IMG/VR virus record: IMGVR_UViG_3300031521_000001
Length of the DNA: 64,000 bases
Direction: 5' to 3' (one strand)
From: a virus
Each line of letters starts with the position of its first letter. Within the stretch, counting starts at the first letter, position 1. Both the position numbers and the translations under genes were made by a program. Under the pieces are notes generated by a model, which was given only the letters and a program-made list of their open reading frames with translations, ran no database searches and was not told the origin of the DNA. This document shows, piece by piece, positions 57,730 through 64,000 of this stretch.

Positions 57730-57774
57730 AAACCTGATTATTTTTATATATAAAGTATAAAATTAATCAGGTTT
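57730..57774 (+). promoter_or_regulatory. Hairpin enclosing a TATATA promoter upstream of the HNH gene
   Basis: AAACCTGATTA 57730-57740 / TAATCAGGTTT 57764-57774; TATATATA 57745-57752. Confidence 0.65.
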
Positions 57775-57777
57775 ATT

Positions 57778-58506
57778 ATGTTATATAAAAAATGTAGAGT
57801 TTGTGAAGACATCAAAGAAATTGATGAGTTTCACATGAAAAAAGGTTCACCAGATGGGCATAGAAATGAATGTAAAGAATGTGTTAAAGATATTCAAAAG
57901 AAATATAAAGAAGCGCCAGGGTTTAAAGAAAAAAGAAAATTATACGATGAGAATCGTTATACAGAAAATAGAGAAGCTATTTTAGAACACAAGAAAGATT
58001 ATCATATTGAAAACAGAGAAAAGATTTTAGCTGATAAAAAGATTTACAGAAAAGAAAATAAAGATAGTATAAAAAAATATCTTGATAATTATAGAGAAGA
58101 ACACAGAGAAGAAATGAGAGATTATGTTAAAAATAATCCAGATAAGAATTCAAAAAATCAAATAAAGTATAGAGAAAATAATCCTCACATTATTGCATGG
58201 AGATCAGTTTTACATTCTACAATAAAAAGATTTGGTACAATAAAAGAAGGACATACAATAGACATATTAGGATATTCTGCATTAGAATTTAAGATTAGCA
58301 TTGAAAGTAAATTCACTACTAATATGAGTTGGAATAATTATGGTGATTGGCATATAGACCATATAAAAGGTGTGATAAATTTTTCAAGTGATTCTGACAT
58401 AAGAGAGGTGTGTTCATTAAATAATTTGCAGCCTTTGTGGGCTACAACAAGAGAGATAGATGGTATTATTTATGAAGGAAATTTAAATAAATCAAAGTAT
58501 ATTTGA
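57778..58506 (+). CDS. HNH homing endonuclease
   Basis: CRVC...CKEC, MSWNNYGDWHIDHI...NLQPLW...NLNK. Confidence 0.82.
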   Translation: MLYKKCRVCEDIKEIDEFHMKKGSPDGHRNECKECVKDIQKKYKEAPGFKEKRKLYDENRYTENREAILEHKKDYHIENREKILADKKIYRKENKDSIKKYLDNYREEHREEMRDYVKNNPDKNSKNQIKYRENNPHIIAWRSVLHSTIKRFGTIKEGHTIDILGYSALEFKISIESKFTTNMSWNNYGDWHIDHIKGVINFSSDSDIREVCSLNNLQPLWATTREIDGIIYEGNLNKSKYI

Positions 58507-58507
58507 A

Positions 58508-58538
58508 CAAAAAAAGAATCCATTAGGATTCTTTTTTT
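58508..58538. terminator. Bidirectional terminator
   Basis: AAAAAAAGAATCC-ATTA-GGATTCTTTTTTT. Confidence 0.75.
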
Positions 58539-58753
58539 ATTTCATGCTTGAAGATTTCATGAGGTGTTTTTATACACATGACAATTAATATTATTATAGT
58601 TAAATAATCTACAAATATTACATCACTTGATGTACATCCTGAAACACCACAAATTAATCCTACACAAAATGCCATCAATATTGGGATTAAAGATTTCCAT
58701 TTCCATTCTTTTCTCCATGCGAATATTGTTAGAATAATTTCGATTATGCCCAT
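58523..58753 (-). CDS. Small membrane protein
   Basis: Three short hydrophobic segments. Confidence 0.65.
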   Translation of the reverse strand: MGIIEIILTIFAWRKEWKWKSLIPILMAFCVGLICGVSGCTSSDVIFVDYLTIIILIVMCIKTPHEIFKHEIKKES

Positions 58754-58871
58754 ATTTTTATTTTATATAATAAGATATAACATTAAAGTTTATATAATTT
58801 GATTTTTGGTTGATATTTATTTTATAGGGGGTACAGAATCATTTTATATATAATAGAAAATAATTAAATAT

Positions 58872-59831
58872 ATGAGTAATTTCAATGATAAGAAAGAAGA
58901 AGATGCATTATCTTATTTAGAAAATAATTTTATTAGTGATGATAAAGATGATGTAATTTCTATAAAAAAACCAGATATGTCATATTTGGATAATAATACG
59001 CCGTCAAATGAATACACTATGATTCCATTTGATATTTTACCATGTGGTATATTTTATAAAAATGGGACAAAACTTAGTATTAGAGCGGCTAGAGTTCAGG
59101 AAGTTCAAGCATATTCTGTGGTTGATGATAAAAATTATTTAGACATAACTGAAAAAATGAATCAGATATTAAGTTCTTGTGTAAGATTTTTTCATCCAAA
59201 TGGTAAACAAGGTTCTTATAAAGATATTCGTGATGGTGATAGATTGTCATTGATTTTCATGATAAGGGAGTTGACATTTCCAGGAGGTAAGAATTTATCA
59301 AAAGAAGTAGTTTGCGGAAATTGTGGAAAAGAATTTAAGATGGAATTAAGAGCTACTAGTTCTGATACTGTTGAGAAATCTTTCGTTAATCATGATATGC
59401 CTGAAAAATTAAAGAAATTCTATGATCCAATTAACAAAGTTTTTGTTTTTAATATTGATGGAATTGATTATAATTTAGCGCCACCTACAATTGGTATACA
59501 AGAGATATTTTTTGGTGATATTAAAAATAAAATTCAGATTGAAAAAAATCCTAATGTAGCATTTTTGAAATTAGCTTCATTTTTATTGCATGATAGAAAT
59601 AATATAACTGAAGATGGTATAAAAGTAAAAGAACAAGAATTTAAAAGGATGGATATGAAAAATTTTCAGATTTTAAATCAAGCTGTTAATAAGATGTTAT
59701 TTGGTATAAAAGAGATGAAGAATCAATGTCCAGAATGTGGAATGGAGGTCCACACTGATATGAGCTTTCCCACAGGAGCCTCAAATATTTTCGTTATTCC
59801 AGATGCCTTTGATGACTATTTTGGACAATAA
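58872..59831 (+). CDS. Baseplate hub assembly protein (gp26-like)
   Basis: LPCGIFY, DGDRLSLIFMIRELT, CGNCG, CPECG. Confidence 0.75.
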   Translation: MSNFNDKKEEDALSYLENNFISDDKDDVISIKKPDMSYLDNNTPSNEYTMIPFDILPCGIFYKNGTKLSIRAARVQEVQAYSVVDDKNYLDITEKMNQILSSCVRFFHPNGKQGSYKDIRDGDRLSLIFMIRELTFPGGKNLSKEVVCGNCGKEFKMELRATSSDTVEKSFVNHDMPEKLKKFYDPINKVFVFNIDGIDYNLAPPTIGIQEIFFGDIKNKIQIEKNPNVAFLKLASFLLHDRNNITEDGIKVKEQEFKRMDMKNFQILNQAVNKMLFGIKEMKNQCPECGMEVHTDMSFPTGASNIFVIPDAFDDYFGQ

Positions 59832-60051
59832 ATTTGGATTTATGGATGCTGATCATATAGCACCTAGATATATAAATGAATTAGGTTGGTGGGAATATGA
59901 GGAATATGTAAAAAGATTAAATGCAAGAATTGAAAGAGATAATAAGCAGCAAAAAGAATCATCAAGTGATAATTCAGGAGCATCAAATTACTCAAATAAA
60001 ATTCCTAACATGAATTCTGTAATGAATAATTTGGGTAGATATAAGCCATAA
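59803..60051 (+). CDS. Baseplate hub assembly catalyst (gp51-like)
   Basis: Overlaps the gp26-like gene; INELGWWEYEEYV resembles gp51 IENMxPWEREIY. Confidence 0.6.
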   Translation: MPLMTILDNKFGFMDADHIAPRYINELGWWEYEEYVKRLNARIERDNKQQKESSSDNSGASNYSNKIPNMNSVMNNLGRYKP

Positions 60052-60054
60052 AAT

Positions 60055-60083
60055 AAAATCACTATTTTTAATAGTGATTTTTT
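60055..60083 (+). terminator. Intrinsic terminator
   Basis: AAAATCACTATT-TTT-AATAGTGATTTT. Confidence 0.7.
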
Positions 60084-60094
60084 ATATATAACAT

Positions 60095-60532
60095 ATGTTT
60101 AAAAAATTTAAAGATTATATATCAAATAATAGTACGGCTTCTTCTAATATCGAAGAATCTCAGGAAGAACTTAATTTTATGTTAAATAATTCAATTCGTA
60201 CCTGTGATTATTGTGACTTCAACTATTCAATAAATAAAGGTGCTGATATTAATAATATTACTATTGGAGGAAAGGATAAAGATGACGATGATTATTATGT
60301 ATCTCCTTTGATATTGTGCATTATATATGATAGAATAAAGATGTTTAAAAAACTCATTGATTTGAATGTTGATTTAATTAATGTTATATCTGATGATGAT
60401 ATTTATGATTATATTATGAAAATGATGACAGTTGATAATAGAAAAAATATCATAAAATACATTATTGAAAAACATCCAGATTTCATGAAAGATTATGAAA
60501 TCAGGCAAAACTCAAAAAAGTATAATATTTAA
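60095..60532 (+). CDS. Ankyrin-like protein with leader and KYNI tail
   Basis: MFKKFKDYI, INKGADIN, SPLILCI...KKLIDLNVD, SKKYNI. Confidence 0.7.
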   Translation: MFKKFKDYISNNSTASSNIEESQEELNFMLNNSIRTCDYCDFNYSINKGADINNITIGGKDKDDDDYYVSPLILCIIYDRIKMFKKLIDLNVDLINVISDDDIYDYIMKMMTVDNRKNIIKYIIEKHPDFMKDYEIRQNSKKYNI

Positions 60533-60609
60533 TAAAAATAGTTAATTTATTTAGTTAATTTATTTGATTTTAATTATTTATATATATACCAAAATCAAAA
60601 ATTATAAAT

Positions 60610-60825
60610 ATGTCAAAAATAATGAATTTTCAAAAATTTTTAAGTGAAGCACTTGCAATGACATCCGATGAATTATCTGTTATTGATGACATGACAGATA
60701 ATATTGATTGGAAAGAAGGAGATAAATTTGCATTTATAGATTTTAATGGTATAAAAGATATACCTATTAGTATTAGTAATAAAAAAAGTAGAAGAGATTT
60801 AATTGATATTAAGAATAAAAACTAA
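60610..60825 (+). CDS. Small protein with leader
   Basis: MSKIMNFQKFLSE. Confidence 0.6.
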   Translation: MSKIMNFQKFLSEALAMTSDELSVIDDMTDNIDWKEGDKFAFIDFNGIKDIPISISNKKSRRDLIDIKNKN

Positions 60826-60844
60826 ATGTAATTTATAATATTAT

Positions 60845-61327
60845 ATGGTGAAATTTGATGAGTATATAGTTGAATTCAAAAAATATCAAGAAAAAGAGGT
60901 AAAATCTCATAAACTTTCTGGTGTTGTTCTTATATGTAATAATAAGATATTATTAGTAAGACCAAAAAAATTCAAGAAAAAAGAGAAAAAGTGGTCTATT
61001 CCAAAGGGACATATTGAGGATGATATGAGCAAAATAAAAACAGCTATCACGGAATTAAGGGAAGAAGCTGGAATAAAGATCGCAAAGAAACAAATTAATT
61101 CTAGTGATAAATTTGTTATTGAGTATCAAAAATCTGGAGTTAATAAAAATTTAACTTGTTATGTGGTAGATATTGAATATATAGATATCAACATAAAATT
61201 AGTTAATGATATGATTTTGAAGAATTTTTTAAAAAATGAGATTGTAGAAGCTGGATTTTTTACAAAAAAAGCTGCTGAAGAACTTATAGAAGATAATCAA
61301 TTAGATATACTAAAAATTTTAAAATAA
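60845..61327 (+). CDS. Nudix hydrolase with leader
   Basis: SGVV, WSIPKGHIE...TAITELREEAG; starts MVKFDEYIVE. Confidence 0.88.
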   Translation: MVKFDEYIVEFKKYQEKEVKSHKLSGVVLICNNKILLVRPKKFKKKEKKWSIPKGHIEDDMSKIKTAITELREEAGIKIAKKQINSSDKFVIEYQKSGVNKNLTCYVVDIEYIDINIKLVNDMILKNFLKNEIVEAGFFTKKAAEELIEDNQLDILKILK

Positions 61328-61328
61328 T

Positions 61329-62210
61329 ATGGGTAAAGAAATCGCCTTTTTTGATCTGGATAATACACTTTGGTACATAAAGAGTGATATATGGTTAATT
61401 GATAAAAATAAACCATCTGTGCCTATATTAAAGATTTCTCCCATTGAATTTGCGTTAGTGAAAAGTGGAATTTATTCAAAGGATGAATTACCAGTTGATT
61501 ATAACGGAGAAACATTTTGTATTTCTAAAGATATGTTGGAAAGAGTACAAAGAAAAAATAGAAATATTAGATTATCTAATTTAGGAATATCATATAGTGA
61601 ATTTTTCAATGAAGATATTTTAAATGATAAAAATGTTATACTATTATTAGATAATGTGAAGCATCTTATTGGTAAAGATATCGAAATAGGAGTTTTGACA
61701 GCTAGAAGTGATAGAAAAAAACACTCAAATTTATTAAATAAATTAAGAACCAAATTAAATGAATATGGATTAGAAATAAGTAAAATTTATTTTGTGTCTG
61801 AATCAATTAGATCTACTGGCTTTATGGATAAAATTATTTATGATAAAAACAAAGTTCTATTGGAACATATGATAGGGTTGACAATTGAGGATAAACGTTT
61901 TGTTCCAATTAAAAAGGAAGCTTATGATAAAGTTTATTTTTATGACGATGTTAAGTCCAATTTTATGAATACTAATAATTTACAGGATTATTTTGATTTT
62001 TTGATACGAAATAGCGATGACGAGTGTATAGAATATATAACAAATAGAATAAAAAATAACAACATATCTTTAATAAATAATTTAGTGAGTAACAATACAG
62101 TTAATCCTTTCGAAACTAAATTAATAGAATTAAAAACACCTATTAAATATCCAATTAAAGTTTCTGGTGATAAGCTTACTGTCAAATTCGATAATTTTAA
62201 AAAAAATTAA
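61329..62210 (+). CDS. HAD-superfamily phosphatase-like protein
   Basis: FFDLDNTL, LTAR, K, FYDD. Confidence 0.75.
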   Translation: MGKEIAFFDLDNTLWYIKSDIWLIDKNKPSVPILKISPIEFALVKSGIYSKDELPVDYNGETFCISKDMLERVQRKNRNIRLSNLGISYSEFFNEDILNDKNVILLLDNVKHLIGKDIEIGVLTARSDRKKHSNLLNKLRTKLNEYGLEISKIYFVSESIRSTGFMDKIIYDKNKVLLEHMIGLTIEDKRFVPIKKEAYDKVYFYDDVKSNFMNTNNLQDYFDFLIRNSDDECIEYITNRIKNNNISLINNLVSNNTVNPFETKLIELKTPIKYPIKVSGDKLTVKFDNFKKN

Positions 62211-63619
62211 TCCCTTTTTATCTGAACTGAAGATATAGTAATTCTTCCTGTACCATCAGTCACTTTTACTGAATATTTTGATATTTCTGGAGACGAAATA
62301 ACAAGAGTTCTATTAAAAAATGGAATATATGGGGTTAATGTTCTTGTGCCATCATCATAATCTAGATTTTGATCATTATATATTATGTTACCGTATGAAT
62401 CAGTCCATTCATATGTGTAATTATAATCTCCTCCATTAGCATTCACACTAAGTATTGATGTTTGACCTATACTAATGTGATCAGGTGTTGCTATTGCAAA
62501 AGCTTTGAATTGTACATTATCTGATCTCTTTTTAATTTTACTAAACAATGCCAATATAATGGACAATACGCCAAATATGCTTGTTATAGAGGATGTTATA
62601 GTTTTTATAATTGCTAATATTCCTATTATTGTTGCTAATATTCCTGTCAAAACTGATATTGGTAATAAATATCCTACAAAATCAAATGCGCTTAAAAATG
62701 GAAATATTTCACCTATTTTAGATTGTAAATTTTTTATAGCGATTATCATAGATTTTACTGCTGTTAAAGCTGTTGGTATTCCAGCACCAAATGGTAAAAT
62801 TACTAATGATGAGACTAATGATGATAGAGACAACGCAATTGTTTCAATGGTGTCAGCTATTAAATCTACAAATTCTCCTAATTTTATTCCTAACTGCTTT
62901 AATGAATCTTTTAATTCTTTTATCCATTTGTCAATTTGTTTTGATATCGGATGAGTTTCGCTTAAAGATGGATAATATTTATCATCAGTTGGTTTTGATA
63001 CACAACTTGGATCTATTAAATCATTATCATATAATACATCATTTTTATAATACAATTTTCCATATATGAATAATTGAGCATTTTCTTCTGTCATTTCTGG
63101 TGTTGATATTAATAATATTTTTTTTGCTGTTTGTTTTTTAGTTAATAATAGAGGTTCAATTACATTCCATAGATTAGTAGTTATTTTAGATATAGGAGAC
63201 AAACCTAATTCTTGAAGAGTGACAATATCTTCCTTTATTCCATCTATATTCTTTTTTAATTCATCAGTCCCTAATTTTACAATGTTTCCTGATGTAGCTC
63301 CTGATGTTGATATCAGAGCTGATTTTGATGTTGAAATATTTTTTTCTGTATTTATACCACTAATATTTGCTGTGTTTGTTGTAGTGTCTGAAAAACTTGT
63401 AAATGGATATAATATATTTGTACTATTAGAATAATATCCTTTTCCAGTTTCAATCCTAGCTTTAATTGAACGTATAGCTCCATCCTCACCTGAATAAGAA
63501 ACTCCATTGATATATGGCTTAAAATAAGTAACAAATTGTTGAGTATCAATTACCTCACCATTATATCTTATTTCAACATAAATTGTACCATCTGATGTAT
63601 AACTTTTAAATTCAAACAT
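62207..63619 (-). CDS. Hypothetical protein with long hydrophobic helical region and Ig-like C-terminus
   Basis: LVILPFGAGIPTA, long amphipathic helices; GGDYNYTYEW...YSVKVTDG. Confidence 0.65.
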   Translation of the reverse strand: MFEFKSYTSDGTIYVEIRYNGEVIDTQQFVTYFKPYINGVSYSGEDGAIRSIKARIETGKGYYSNSTNILYPFTSFSDTTTNTANISGINTEKNISTSKSALISTSGATSGNIVKLGTDELKKNIDGIKEDIVTLQELGLSPISKITTNLWNVIEPLLLTKKQTAKKILLISTPEMTEENAQLFIYGKLYYKNDVLYDNDLIDPSCVSKPTDDKYYPSLSETHPISKQIDKWIKELKDSLKQLGIKLGEFVDLIADTIETIALSLSSLVSSLVILPFGAGIPTALTAVKSMIIAIKNLQSKIGEIFPFLSAFDFVGYLLPISVLTGILATIIGILAIIKTITSSITSIFGVLSIILALFSKIKKRSDNVQFKAFAIATPDHISIGQTSILSVNANGGDYNYTYEWTDSYGNIIYNDQNLDYDDGTRTLTPYIPFFNRTLVISSPEISKYSVKVTDGTGRITISSVQIKRD

Positions 63620-63707
63620 ATTATTATTAATTTTTATTATATATAAAAATGTTAATGTTATATTTGAATTTCAAATATTAATATATAATAAAAAATAAAA
63701 TTTTCAC

Positions 63708-64000
63708 ATGAGAAATCTATATTCAAAGACTGAATTTTTAAATATTAAAAATGATATAAATCCAATAAATGAAGGATTATTTAACTTTATAGGTAAACTA
63801 TTTAGTAATATTTCAACTTACATAAAAAAAGTAAAAGGTGGACAAGAAATTCAAGACATATATAATAAATATTTAAAAAAAATTAATGATGATATTAAGA
63901 AAAAAGTACAAGTTGATTTGAACTTGACTGCTGAGGTACAAATAAATTCTACTACAAAAACAACTACTCCTACTACAACTATTGAACCTGTTGCTTCAAG
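63708..64000 (+). CDS. Protein with leader, 3'-truncated (MRNLYSKTEFLN...INEGLF)
   Basis: Read manually; TATATA at 63682-63687; open to the window end. Confidence 0.65.
   Translation, partial: MRNLYSKTEFLNIKNDINPINEGLFNFIGKLFSNISTYIKKVKGGQEIQDIYNKYLKKINDDIKKKVQVDLNLTAEVQINSTTKTTTPTTTIEPVAS

Noticed and set aside
59803-59831. Programmed frameshift of the lambda G/GT chaperone type
   Set aside because: The overlap fits the usual gp26/gp51-like arrangement with its own ATG, and no clear slippery heptamer is present.
1-64000. Alternative genetic code as in some megaphages
   Set aside because: Core genes are full length in the standard code, and TAA, TGA and TAG all occur as stops at sensible gene ends.
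1-64000. tRNA, rRNA, introns or inteins
   Set aside because: No cloverleaf or GC-rich structured RNA was seen; nrdJ, helicase and uvsX are uninterrupted and of normal length. This was a by-eye check only.

Overview
Very AT-rich, gene-dense segment of a T4-like jumbo myophage read in the standard code. The host is probably Bacteroidota, judged from TAnnTTTG host-type promoters and a Bacteroidetes-type class II RNR. Core genes: tail sheath, tail tube, baseplate operon, gp26/gp51-like pair, UvsX/RecA, gp41-like helicase, NrdJ, ECF sigma factor and a GH19 endolysin. Accessory genes: DnaJ, RfaE kinase, DeoC-like protein, two Nudix hydrolases, DNA adenine MTase, rhomboid protease, MoxR/VWA pair and six free-standing homing-endonuclease-like genes. 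Two unexplained peptide-tag systems stand out. (1) About 30 small ORFs, mostly behind a TATATA motif, start with a T4 capsid-targeting-like leader (MKHLKxFE / MxKFxxFxxE), and 20 of them end in K[FY]N[LIV]. (2) A cluster at about 20.7-23.8 kb, behind a different promoter motif, encodes small proteins ending in a basic R-K-x-K-[LI] helix. It includes stand-alone, degenerate copies of the tail-sheath C-terminal domain and of a gp19-like tail tube, next to a catalytically dead gp47/Mre11 paralog, which suggests a structural-protein decoy system. Three promoter classes are visible. No tRNA, rRNA or CRISPR array was seen. All calls come from reading motifs by eye; no database search was run.
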